Below are positions 55,318 through 64,000 of a stretch of 64,000 nucleotides of DNA, piece after piece. Location: positions 3,842 to 67,841 of IMG/VR virus record IMGVR_UViG_3300033141_004862. One strand, 5' to 3'. Under the pieces are notes generated by a model. The model was given only the letters and a program-made list of their open reading frames with translations, was not told where the DNA came from and did no database searches. The stretch's first letter is position 1. Every line of letters starts with the position of its first letter. The position numbers and the translations under genes are program-made. The DNA is from a virus.

Positions 55318-56126
55318 GAGAGGTAAAGCGCCCATCCCTGAGCCGTATTCAGCAGTACAAGGTGTTGGGCCCTTGCCTTAAACCGGGCGCGGAAATCTGG
55401 ACGGTTGAAGGGAAACGGCTTTTCGTGGGCACCGTCGAGAAGGTTGAGAAAGGAAAAGGCGTCTATATAAGGCGTGCTGATGGGACGGTTTTCCGAACTC
55501 CCTCGCGAACTATAATGATGGCAGAGCCCGATGAGTTGATGAAGGCTGCAATGCGGAGCGTTGAGGAGTTTGACTTGGATATCATGCCGGGAATTGAATC
55601 TTGGATGGCAGAAGACCCGAAGTTTCGGCAACAACTTGCGGATCGCATTTATGACACATACCAACGGCATTTGAAACGCCTCCCCAAAGAGCACACGGGC
55701 CTGATTAGGGAGTGGAAGCTCTGCACCCAATCCGACTTTCGAAAGCTAGCTAACGTGCCTCCCGGCAGGGAAATAGCCGGTCTCTATGACCCATTTACTC
55801 GGACGCTCGCTCTGCTCGGAGTTGAGGAGGACACTTCGGGATTCGTTGTCTTCCACGAGGTGGGACACGCTGTGTGGCACGAAATTTTGACGGATGTCGA
55901 TCGGAAGAAAATTGAGAAATGGTGGAAGCGTAGCAAGGCGTTTTCCAAAGGGGAAGGGCCGAGCTTTCCTTATCCCACATTTTACTCGTTAAACAGCCCC
56001 AACGAGTACTTTGCCGAATGTTATTCCATGTGGTGGTCTGGGCGAACGGATAGGGTGGCTCCGGAGGTGCGTAGCTGGTTCGACCGTAAGTTCGGACGGT
56101 ATAAAAAGGCGGGAGGTCGCTCATGA
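55305..56126 (+). CDS. Zincin-like metallopeptidase (HExxH)
   Basis: AGLY, VFHEVGHAVW, YS...PNEYFAE.Y; AAGGAG RBS before GTG 55305. Confidence 0.75.
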   Translation: MPIIREVKRPSLSRIQQYKVLGPCLKPGAEIWTVEGKRLFVGTVEKVEKGKGVYIRRADGTVFRTPSRTIMMAEPDELMKAAMRSVEEFDLDIMPGIESWMAEDPKFRQQLADRIYDTYQRHLKRLPKEHTGLIREWKLCTQSDFRKLANVPPGREIAGLYDPFTRTLALLGVEEDTSGFVVFHEVGHAVWHEILTDVDRKKIEKWWKRSKAFSKGEGPSFPYPTFYSLNSPNEYFAECYSMWWSGRTDRVAPEVRSWFDRKFGRYKKAGGRS

Positions 56127-56386
56127 CGATACTTTCAAAATCGGGCAAGGTTCTGTACGGGAGTGGCGACCCCCAGTTTACGGTCTCACTCACTTTTTGG
56201 AACGCCCTGCGTAGGAAGAGGGTCAGGTATCGAACTGGGCGGTATAGGTCGGGTGTGTGGATGACCGAAGTCCGTGTCTTAGACATAGATGCTGACGGCT
56301 TCGAAACAGTTTTCAAGCAACTAGCTTCTTCCGAGATGGGTCGGGACCTCCTTTCGGGGAGACGTTCTGTGCCGAAAATTCTGTAG
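56123..56386 (+). CDS. Hypothetical protein
   Basis: GGGAGG RBS; coupled to the previous gene. Confidence 0.55.
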   Translation: MTILSKSGKVLYGSGDPQFTVSLTFWNALRRKRVRYRTGRYRSGVWMTEVRVLDIDADGFETVFKQLASSEMGRDLLSGRRSVPKIL

Positions 56387-56390
56387 GAGG

Positions 56391-56490
56391 CGAAAGTTTC
56401 ACTCATAACCAGACGGAAAATCGCGGTCGTAACTTACGTTATGTTAGAAGTTATGAATCCAAAAAATTTCACTCATAACCTGGCGGGTGA
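56391..56490. repeat. ~90-bp dispersed intergenic element, copy 3
   Basis: Near-identical to copy 2. Confidence 0.9.
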
Positions 56491-56510
56491 AAATCGAAGG
56501 GAGGTGCCGA

Positions 56511-57242
56511 GTGAAGATAGGAATTAAGACGATCCTTACTTACACGGCGTTGGTCGTGTTGGTAGTGGTGGTGGTACTTTGGTGGTTCGAACGAGGAAAA
56601 GCCAACAAGTGGTACAGCCTCTATCAGGAGCGAGACAAGGAGGCGGTGGAAGCTAAGAAGGCTCTGGACGACCTGGAGGATTCAGCGACGAGGCAGATAT
56701 TCGACTTGGAAGCCGAGATTGAAAAGGAGAAGGCGAAAAGAGTCGAAGCCGAGGGAAGGATTGAGATTTTGGAGGCCGAGAAGGTCACACTTAAAACGCG
56801 ACTCATTCAGGCACAGAAGGCCATCAAAGCCGCCCCCGCCAACTACATTGTCGTCGAGATAGGCAAGCGAATCGGCGAGGACGAGATTACGTTTACACTC
56901 TCTGGTCATTTCCGCCTGACACGCGTTGGTGCAAACAACACGTTGTTTAGATTCAAGACAGGCGAGTACTTTGAGACCGCGTTCCGGAAGCAAGAGGAGA
57001 TATCGAAGGAGCAGGCAAAGGTCATTGCCGGGTTTGAAAAAGTGGAGTTCAACTTGCGCAAGGAGTTGAGGATAAAGGACGAGACGCTGAACGCCTGTAA
57101 AGAGGCATTGGTTAAGAGAGAGGAGGCTGAGGCTACACTTCATCGAGCTTTCAAAGCAAAAGAATGGCAGAGGCGAGGTGAAGGTTTCCTAGCTGGCGGT
57201 TTGGTCGTAGCGGTGCTGGGGAAACTGTTAGGCGTTTTTTAG
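56511..57242 (+). CDS. Membrane-anchored coiled-coil protein (spanin-like)
   Basis: N-terminal TM helix, long coiled coils, hydrophobic C-terminus; GGGAGG RBS before GTG 56511. Confidence 0.55.
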   Translation: MKIGIKTILTYTALVVLVVVVVLWWFERGKANKWYSLYQERDKEAVEAKKALDDLEDSATRQIFDLEAEIEKEKAKRVEAEGRIEILEAEKVTLKTRLIQAQKAIKAAPANYIVVEIGKRIGEDEITFTLSGHFRLTRVGANNTLFRFKTGEYFETAFRKQEEISKEQAKVIAGFEKVEFNLRKELRIKDETLNACKEALVKREEAEATLHRAFKAKEWQRRGEGFLAGGLVVAVLGKLLGVF

Positions 57243-57252
57243 GAGAAAGGGG

Positions 57253-57266
57253 TTGACAATGGAAAT
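57253..57266 (+). promoter_or_regulatory. Late-region promoter motif upstream of protease/capsid operon
   Basis: TTGACA-17 nt-TGCAAT; the 14-mer is identical to the one before the portal gene. Confidence 0.6.
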
Positions 57267-57302
57267 GAGATAGGTTGCAATTCTAATCGAAGGAGGCTCT
57301 GT

Positions 57303-58580
57303 ATGGCAGATAGGGAGCTAAAAGAGGTCCTGTGGTCAGACCTGACCTACACCGAACAGGAAGACAAAGCCACAGGCACAAAGAGGATGCGAATACAGGG
57401 TGTGGTGCAGGAAGCTGACACGGTAAATCGTAACAAGCGCATCTATCCAAAGGCCGTCCTTGAGGCCGCCGTCAAAAAGCTCGAGAAGAAAATGCCACAT
57501 CGGGCTTTTGGAGAGGTCGACCATCCCGAATGGCGTGGTCACCTCAAGGACACGTCTCATCTCATCACCAAGTTATGGTGGAATCCGAAGAACGACAAAC
57601 AGCTAATGGGCGAGATGCTTGTTATGAACACCCCTGCGGGCCAAGTCCTTCAGGAGATTGTTAGGGCGGGAGGCCGCCCGGGTTTTTCCTCACGTGGCAG
57701 AGGTCGGTCAAAAATGGTGAAGAAGCGAGGGTACGGTGAGGTCGAAGTCGTCGAGCCGGGCTTTCAGTTCGACGCGTTCGACTTCGTCATCGATCCCAGC
57801 GTCCGGCCTGCTCGCATTACGAAGATAATGGAGCAATTCAAGGACGATCTGGGAGGCACATCTGAAGGAGGAAATGGCATGAGCAAGCAAACGCCTACTT
57901 CTGTTCAAGAACTGCGGGAACTCTATCCCGACCTCGTCGATGAGCTTATCGCCGAGGAGAAGTCGGGGATGCTGGAGGAGCTGAAGGAGGAGGTTCTGAA
58001 GGAGAACAAAGGAAAGGAAAAGAAGGAAAAAGAGGAGCTGGAGAGCAGAGTGGCCGAACTCGAGGCCGAAATCGCTGAGAAAGACGCGGAAATCGAAAAG
58101 CACCTCGGTGTTATCGAGATCTTCGTGAGCACCCTCAAAGACAACGGCTACCTCCCGAAGGCGACTTCCGAGGAAGAAGATGCCGAAATCGCAGCCTTGA
58201 AAGACAGGGTTGCGGAGCTGGAGAAAGAGAAAAGCACGTTGGAGAAGGCGGTGAAGGAGAAGGAAGACCAGCTCGCCGAAATCGAGGAAGAGAAGGCAAA
58301 GGCTGAGGTGCAGGCCCACCTGGAGAAGGAGACCGAAGGTATGCCTGAGGGGCTGAGGACACTGATTCGTAGCAGACTCGAGGACGCCAAGACCGTCGAT
58401 GAGGTCGACGTAGGACTCAAGAACTACAAGGAACTCATCGAGGCGGTCCAGAAAGGCGAAATCGATGTCGAAGGTAAAGGTAGGGGCAAACGCGAAAAAG
58501 AGACAGACAAAGACGGTGAACGCAAGCTGAGAGAACGGATGCAAGCCAGAGCTGGCATCAAAAAAGGAGGACAACAATGA
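57303..58580 (+). CDS. Prohead protease (T4 gp21-like) fused to coiled-coil scaffold
   Basis: NRNKRIYP, GEVDHP, SHLI, TPAG, GFSSRG.G, FDFV.DPS, then an acidic coiled coil. Confidence 0.88.
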   Translation: MADRELKEVLWSDLTYTEQEDKATGTKRMRIQGVVQEADTVNRNKRIYPKAVLEAAVKKLEKKMPHRAFGEVDHPEWRGHLKDTSHLITKLWWNPKNDKQLMGEMLVMNTPAGQVLQEIVRAGGRPGFSSRGRGRSKMVKKRGYGEVEVVEPGFQFDAFDFVIDPSVRPARITKIMEQFKDDLGGTSEGGNGMSKQTPTSVQELRELYPDLVDELIAEEKSGMLEELKEEVLKENKGKEKKEKEELESRVAELEAEIAEKDAEIEKHLGVIEIFVSTLKDNGYLPKATSEEEDAEIAALKDRVAELEKEKSTLEKAVKEKEDQLAEIEEEKAKAEVQAHLEKETEGMPEGLRTLIRSRLEDAKTVDEVDVGLKNYKELIEAVQKGEIDVEGKGRGKREKETDKDGERKLRERMQARAGIKKGGQQ

Positions 58581-59800
58581 GCAAGTCTATCCACGAATCG
58601 CTCAAAGAACGGTTCGAGTCGCACGTTGAAACACCCGAAGCTCGGCTCCTCAAGGAAGACCCCGTAAAGTTCTTTAGCGAGAGCTACGAGGCACTCATCG
58701 AGGACCTCGACCAAGAAAAACTCGAGTACGAGCCGTTCTCCCGTGACTGGGTGATTGCGAAGGCTCTCGAAAACGAAGCAAACCATCTCATCGAGACAAC
58801 CACGACCACACTCCCCACCGGGCAGGACTTCTCTTTCACCACGATCGCCATGCCCCTCGTTCGGAAGGTCTTCAACCGCCTCATCGCCATGGACTTGGTG
58901 TCCGTGCAGCCCATCTCCCAACCCACGTCCAAAATCTTCTATCTCGACTTCCAGTACGGCACCGACTATGCGGCAGGCGGAATCTCCGCGGGTGACTCTG
59001 TGTACGACAGCAAGGGCGGCACGACCCACGGCTACGCGACCTCGACCGAAGGTAGCGAAAGCGTCAAAGAAATCGATATGAAGGTGACTCAGGAGACCGT
59101 CACCGCTATCGAAAAGAAGCTGAAAGCTATCTGGACGGTGGAGGTGGAGCAAGATCTCCAGGCCTACCACAGGCTCGCCGCCGAGACCGAGCTTATGCGC
59201 ATTCTGCAGGATGAGATCGTCAGGGAAATCGACGGTCTTATCATCAGCGCGCTGTTGGCCGGAGCCGGAGGCACAGGCACGGGTTCGGGGACCGGAGCCG
59301 GAAACGTCAATTGGAACACCACGGGGTTCCTGGCTGACGACAAGTCGACTCTCGAGAGAAAAGAGTACAAGAAGACCTTGTACGAGGCCATCATCGACGC
59401 CTCAAACCTCATCTTCAAAAAGAGGTATCGCTACGCCAACTGGATCATCGGCCATCCCGACGCCATAGTCAGGCTCGAAAAGCTGGAAGAGTTCAAGATC
59501 TCTTCCACCGCCTCTCCCTACGAGTTCGGGGTCGGACGCCATCTTGTTGGCACGCTGAACGACAGGTTCAAGGTCTACAAAGACCCCTTCTTCCCCAACG
59601 CGAACAAGCTCCTGCTCGGATACAAGGGAGACAACTGGTCGGATGCCGTCGGGTTCTACGCTCCCTACATCCCGCTCTACATGACGCCGAAAATCATCGA
59701 CGCCAACGACTTCAAGCCTCGTAGAGGTTTGATGAGCAGGTTTGCATACGGAACCCTCATCAAGGACGGACTGGCGACAGTTACTCTCGTGACCTCGTAA
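58577..59800 (+). CDS. Major capsid protein, T4 gp23-like
   Basis: PLVRKVF..LIA.DLVSVQP...PT..IFYL, VTA..KKLKA.WT.E.EQDL, EI.REID, FYAPYIPL, F.P..GLMSRF. Confidence 0.92.
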   Translation: MSKSIHESLKERFESHVETPEARLLKEDPVKFFSESYEALIEDLDQEKLEYEPFSRDWVIAKALENEANHLIETTTTTLPTGQDFSFTTIAMPLVRKVFNRLIAMDLVSVQPISQPTSKIFYLDFQYGTDYAAGGISAGDSVYDSKGGTTHGYATSTEGSESVKEIDMKVTQETVTAIEKKLKAIWTVEVEQDLQAYHRLAAETELMRILQDEIVREIDGLIISALLAGAGGTGTGSGTGAGNVNWNTTGFLADDKSTLERKEYKKTLYEAIIDASNLIFKKRYRYANWIIGHPDAIVRLEKLEEFKISSTASPYEFGVGRHLVGTLNDRFKVYKDPFFPNANKLLLGYKGDNWSDAVGFYAPYIPLYMTPKIIDANDFKPRRGLMSRFAYGTLIKDGLATVTLVTS

Positions 59801-59864
59801 AGAGGCGCAGACAGATTTTTTAGCGGCAAGGTTTGAGTTAACGGGTGCCATGCGGACTTAGGGC

Positions 59865-60875
59865 ATGGCGCCCGGGGCAGGTGACATGGCAGTGTTTTAC
59901 AACGGTGGGGGTCTGCAAGTCTTCTACGATTGGAAGCGCGACCCAGTCGAAGTCCCAACTCGGTTTGTGGCCGACATCGAGGGTGTTTCGAAAGCCTCCC
60001 TCGATAGGCTGAACTGTTCCCTTGTCGACTCTGTCGAGGACTGCCTCGCCGACGCATCGAGCGTTCTTCTTGTAAGAAACTTCGCTCTTGGCGACGTCCT
60101 CATGCTAATTCCTGTTGTGCGCGAGCTACGGGAGAGATACCCAGACAAGATTTTCTCCCTCGCAACCCGCCCCGAGATTACCGAAAGCTCGATTTTCCTG
60201 GAGCTTGTCGACGGCGCTTTCGACGCTGTCGGAAACTACCACGGGCTAGTGCAGTCGAAGTACGATTTGGGAATACTCCTCGACGGCATTTTGGAACGGG
60301 ATCACAGGATACGAGAGTACTCTCGGAAGCACAGGGTCGATATCTACAGGGAGTTTCTCGGACTCCCAACGAGGAGACAGCCAGTTTGGTCGCTCCAAAC
60401 GAATTGGATCGGAAGGTCGGGAGGTGTTTTCTGCTCGGGAGGGAGGAATCGTGTGAAGCAACTCCCCAAACCAACGGCAGAGTACATAACTAAGAAGCTG
60501 AGGGGTCGAGGGTTTAGGAAAGTGCTGCACGTCTGCGATGACCTGCGCGTCCCCGACGCCGACCTCCTTAAAGCCATGAGAGATGCCCGTGTCCTTGTCA
60601 CGATGGACACAGCCCCGCTATGGATTGCGCATTTTCTTGCGACTCCCACCGTTCTCATAACTGGGCCGACGAGAGGGTCAGAACGACTTTCCTACCATCC
60701 TCTCTATCCGGACGGGGTTTATGAAATCTCGCTGAGCCGGGCCATTGGATGCGAGCCGTGTTTTGAGTCTCGCTCCAACTGCGACGGTGAGGTGAGGTGC
60801 ATGAAGGCTGACCATGCCTACATCTGGGAGGAGATAGAGAAGGGGATCGACAAAGTTATGTGGAAGGAAAGATGA
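59865..60875 (+). CDS. Glycosyltransferase, GT9 (heptosyltransferase-like)
   Basis: R..ALGDVLM..P..REL...YP, VTMDTAPLWIA...TPT..ITGPT, CEPC. Confidence 0.8.
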   Translation: MAPGAGDMAVFYNGGGLQVFYDWKRDPVEVPTRFVADIEGVSKASLDRLNCSLVDSVEDCLADASSVLLVRNFALGDVLMLIPVVRELRERYPDKIFSLATRPEITESSIFLELVDGAFDAVGNYHGLVQSKYDLGILLDGILERDHRIREYSRKHRVDIYREFLGLPTRRQPVWSLQTNWIGRSGGVFCSGGRNRVKQLPKPTAEYITKKLRGRGFRKVLHVCDDLRVPDADLLKAMRDARVLVTMDTAPLWIAHFLATPTVLITGPTRGSERLSYHPLYPDGVYEISLSRAIGCEPCFESRSNCDGEVRCMKADHAYIWEEIEKGIDKVMWKER

Positions 60876-63604
60876 AAAAAGGAGGAGTATTCAAGTTGCC
60901 GCACGGGAGGCTGTACGTAAACAAGGGAAAAGCGCCCGAGATTTACTACGACTCGAACCAGGAACCCGTTATCCTCCAACCGGGCGAGGCCAAGTTTGAG
61001 CAGATAATCGGCGACATGGACATCGGCAAATACTTCCTCAGCCCCGAACTTTGGAACGCACAGAAGGATATGGAGGAGATTATCGCAACAAAGGGCCACC
61101 TAAGCGTCCTCGTCGAGCGAACGATTCACGGAATCGGTGATCAGCTCCTCATCACCACGATTCCCAGAGCCTATCACGAAGCTCTTGGGGACAAGGTGAC
61201 TGTCGATGTCCTCACGGCTCCTGAATACGTGTGCGTCTGGGAGAACAACCCGCACGTGCGAAAGGTTTACACGGAGCGGCCTGCGCAGGAGTACGACGTC
61301 AATCTCGACGTGAACAATGTCGACTTGAAGTGTGAGCCAAAGGACTGGGAGGAGCGGAACAGAAGGAACAGGACGCTCATCTTCCTAGAACAGCTAGGGC
61401 TGCATTTGATTGACAGAGCCCCAGTGTACGTCGTTTCCAAATCGGAAGAATCATGGGCTGTACGGCAGATGAAAGGCGTACAGCGGCCCTGTGCGGGGCT
61501 TCAACGCCATTCCAGCGTCAAGTCTAGGACGTATCCTCACATGGAGAAGGTCAGGAAGATTTTGAAGGAGCGGGGGTGGGGGACGATCGTTTTGGACGAG
61601 AAGATTGGGGCGTCCGGAAAATACAAGTATTCGTTCAGGGAGATGGCCGCCCTCGTCCAGCAATGCGACGTTATCGTCTCCCCGGACTCGTCCGTTCTCC
61701 ATCTTGCAGGCGCATTGCGTAAGCGGGTAGTCGGTGTCTTCGGATACACCGAGGGGTCTATATTCACCGAAGACTACGAGAAGGCTACCTACGTCCAGGC
61801 ACCTTGTCCTCATGGGAAATCTCCGTGTTGGTGGACGATTGATTGTCTCCCGGGTTCAACTACGCAGGAGAAGGAGGACGTTGACTACGTGGACTGCCTG
61901 AAGAAACTCAAGCCGTCTCTCGTCGCGGATGCCGTGCTCAACTCAGGTACGAAGGTCAAGAAAGTTCTTGTTGCCATGTTGACGTACAATCTTTTGGAAT
62001 GGACGGCGAAAGCCATGGACTCCATTCGTAGCTTCCATGACTACGACATCTTTGTTGTCGATAACGAGTCGACGGACGGGACCGCGGAATGGCTGAAGAC
62101 TCGAGGAGTGGAGTTCGTCTCAAAGAAATCGAGTGTTGCCGAGGCGCAGAACATCGCAATCGCGAAATTCTTGCAGGGAGATTGGGATTACCTTATCTTG
62201 CTGAATAACGATTTGGTTCTTCGATTCGACACGATTGACAAGCTCGTCGAGTGTGCCGAGAAGACAAAGGGATGGGGAATCATGGCGACACCGCTCGACT
62301 CTTGCGCCCCGTGGCTTGTTGACGAGGCAAAGACGGAGGTTGGTTACGAAGAGATTAGGGACATCCCCGCAGGATCGTACTCGTGCACCATCTTTAGTCG
62401 GGAATGCCTTGAGAAAGTCGGCTTCTTCGACGAACGGTTTGCGCCGCGATACATCGAGGACAACGATTACACTCTCAGGATAAGACTTGCGGGAGGGAAG
62501 TTCCTCCGGAGCCGTGATGCTGTCTACTATCACGCTCTTGGGGGCGTTGTGAAAACAAACGAGGAGGAGAGAAGGAACAAGGACAAGAATTGGCACAAAA
62601 ACATCAGGCTCTATACGGAGAAGTGGGGCATCCATCCGCACGAACCTCAGAGTTTGGAGAAGCTCGGACTTGAGCACACGCGAAGTGTCACGCTTAGCTC
62701 AATCAGAAGCTTTGTGAAGTCGAATGGGAGGGCTAGAGTACTCGTGGAGCGACGCATGGGCGGTTACGGGGACATCTTGTTCATCACCGTCGTCGCTCGT
62801 GAACTGAAGAAGGCTGTCGGTCGCAAAAAAGTGCATGTCACCTATGCTGTACCTTCCGACTTCACGAACTTGCTCAAAACGTATCCTTACATAGATACGG
62901 TCAAGGACTTTAACCAGAAAGTGGGCAAATACGACTTCAAGATAGACCTCACCGACCTCGAGTTTCGGGTTGAGCTTCAAGAAATAAGTAAGCATGGGGA
63001 GGTGAAAACGCCACGTTCCAAGATTTACCTCGATGTCTTGGGAATCAAGGGCAACATCAAGCCTGAGTATTTTCCCACCAAGGAAGAGCTTCGGTGGGCG
63101 GAAGCCGAGTGGGGAAAGAGTGGCGGGGACCATCGCATAGTTGTCGTTCTGAAAGGCAGTAACAAGCTGAAGGAGTGGTCGGGGATGGCGAAAGTCGCAG
63201 AGCTGCTCAGACGTTCCGGTCAGAACGTGAAAGTCCTCGATAAGGGCGGAGCATATGCCTACACGTTCAGAGAGGCCTGCGCCCTTGTAGCCAAGGCAGA
63301 TGCGGTCGTGTCCCCGGATAGCGGCATCTCCAACGTGGCGGCGGCTCTGGACGTTCCGACTGTCACTATCTTCAGTAACAGGAACGGCAAGATCTTTGCC
63401 GAGATGTTCAAAAGCATGATACCCCTCCAAGGCAACTGCCCGTACCTGAAGGAGGGTTATTGCGATTTTAAGGTGCCGTGTTTCGGAACCGGACCGCACA
63501 GGGCCAAAGAGAATATTGATATTCCTGCGTGTTTGAAGGGATTGTCCGTGGATAGAGTTTACGGAGAAGTGCAAAAAGTGATTCGTGGCGAGGTGAACAA
63601 ATGA
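60872..63604 (+). CDS. Three-domain glycosyltransferase GT9-GT2-GT9
   Basis: GIGD...SPDSS.LHLAGA; TYN...VVDNESTDGT...LNND...GFFDERF...ED.DY..R; GGYGDILF...SPDSG.SNVAAALDVP. Confidence 0.85.
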   Translation: MKKGGVFKLPHGRLYVNKGKAPEIYYDSNQEPVILQPGEAKFEQIIGDMDIGKYFLSPELWNAQKDMEEIIATKGHLSVLVERTIHGIGDQLLITTIPRAYHEALGDKVTVDVLTAPEYVCVWENNPHVRKVYTERPAQEYDVNLDVNNVDLKCEPKDWEERNRRNRTLIFLEQLGLHLIDRAPVYVVSKSEESWAVRQMKGVQRPCAGLQRHSSVKSRTYPHMEKVRKILKERGWGTIVLDEKIGASGKYKYSFREMAALVQQCDVIVSPDSSVLHLAGALRKRVVGVFGYTEGSIFTEDYEKATYVQAPCPHGKSPCWWTIDCLPGSTTQEKEDVDYVDCLKKLKPSLVADAVLNSGTKVKKVLVAMLTYNLLEWTAKAMDSIRSFHDYDIFVVDNESTDGTAEWLKTRGVEFVSKKSSVAEAQNIAIAKFLQGDWDYLILLNNDLVLRFDTIDKLVECAEKTKGWGIMATPLDSCAPWLVDEAKTEVGYEEIRDIPAGSYSCTIFSRECLEKVGFFDERFAPRYIEDNDYTLRIRLAGGKFLRSRDAVYYHALGGVVKTNEEERRNKDKNWHKNIRLYTEKWGIHPHEPQSLEKLGLEHTRSVTLSSIRSFVKSNGRARVLVERRMGGYGDILFITVVARELKKAVGRKKVHVTYAVPSDFTNLLKTYPYIDTVKDFNQKVGKYDFKIDLTDLEFRVELQEISKHGEVKTPRSKIYLDVLGIKGNIKPEYFPTKEELRWAEAEWGKSGGDHRIVVVLKGSNKLKEWSGMAKVAELLRRSGQNVKVLDKGGAYAYTFREACALVAKADAVVSPDSGISNVAAALDVPTVTIFSNRNGKIFAEMFKSMIPLQGNCPYLKEGYCDFKVPCFGTGPHRAKENIDIPACLKGLSVDRVYGEVQKVIRGEVNK

Positions 63605-64000
63605 CGAAGAAGAAGATACCTCCCCCACCCACCTTTTCGGAAATGGGGATGGACAGAGTGGAGAGTGAGTTCTTCAAATTCAAGGACTTTATGGACGAGG
63701 TGGGCGAGGAGTTCTTCTTGGTGGCGGGTGTTTGTCTGGGGCTTGTGAGGGACGGCGCACTGATTGAGTATGACAAGGATTTCGATATCGGAGTGATGGA
63801 CGAGAGGAGCTTGTACACGATAGCTGAGGCGGCACGATCGGCTGCTTACTACGACGCGGTTGATATAACGAAGTGGGAGAAAGGGCAGATTTGCTGGCTG
63901 AAGAAGCGTCTCGGTGAGTATGTTTTGCCGATCGAAATAATAGCGCATTACGAGAGAGGCGAGTACATTTACTACAATCGAGACCTCGGACCGACGTGGA
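63601..64000 (+). CDS. licD: LicD-family nucleotidyltransferase (truncated by window end)
   Basis: Translated by hand from ATG 63601 as FFLVAGVCLGLVRDGALIEYDKDFDIG, matching the LicD G.LLG.VR.G..I.WD.D.DI motif; not in the ORF track. Confidence 0.75.
   Translation, partial: MTKKKIPPPPTFSEMGMDRVESEFFKFKDFMDEVGEEFFLVAGVCLGLVRDGALIEYDKDFDIGVMDERSLYTIAEAARSAAYYDAVDITKWEKGQICWLKKRLGEYVLPIEIIAHYERGEYIYYNRDLGPTW

Noticed and set aside
52423-56490. Dispersed repeats as CRISPR, or as small ORFs (52416..52631, 53059..53256, 53148..53348)
   Set aside because: The interiors are conserved rather than unique spacers. The overlapping ORFs are in different frames and the A-run length differs between copies, so conservation is at the DNA level.
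1-64000. Long minus-strand ORFs (e.g. 7914..8828, 28032..28958, 42085..43050, 53276..54223, 62699..63628)
   Set aside because: They are antisense shadows of well-supported + strand genes, with no motifs or RBS.
1-64000. tRNA/rRNA genes, integrase, transposase, reverse transcriptase/DGR
   Set aside because: No cloverleaf, T-loop context or catalytic motifs were recognised by eye; tRNAscan and HMM searches would be needed to exclude them fully.
1-64000. Archaeal virus or alternative genetic code
   Set aside because: A consensus sigma70 promoter, a sigma-like gene, PolA/DnaB/DnaG-type replication and intact long ORFs under the standard bacterial code all point to a bacterial host with normal decoding.

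Overview
This 64-kb window is part of a large tailed dsDNA bacteriophage genome (Caudoviricetes). It is densely coding, and essentially all convincing genes lie on the + strand with strong GGAGG Shine-Dalgarno sites. Layout: (i) 1-16.5 kb holds small accessory genes plus a repair kit (WGR protein, ATP-dependent ligase, minimal PolX), a sigma-factor-like gene, a Dam-type methylase and an AAA ATPase. (ii) 16.5-35.7 kb is replication and recombination: primase, UvsW-like helicase, DnaB-like helicase, UDG-fused family A polymerase, UvsY, gp32-like SSB, RecA/UvsX, resolvase, Mre11/Rad50. (iii) 36.9-40.6 kb is a four-gene ubiquitin-like conjugation operon (Ubl, coiled-coil/E2, E1/ThiF, JAB/JAMM protease), the most striking item in the window. 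(iv) 42-64 kb is packaging and a T4-like head module (TerS, ParB-like, radical SAM, TerL, QueD-like, portal, MuF-like, protease/scaffold, gp23-like capsid), followed by glycosyltransferases and a LicD-like gene. Six inteins are present, one a class 3 (Ala-start, WCT) intein. Non-coding signals read directly from the sequence: an 11-copy bipartite motif WTGAA-N11-GGTGACAAT upstream of early and middle operons, a canonical sigma70 promoter before the sigma-like gene, a TTGACAAWGGA motif before late genes, a three-copy ~90-bp repeat element in the head region, a palindrome-rich origin candidate and a 3x31-bp tandem repeat. All calls rest on motif recognition by eye; no database searches were run.
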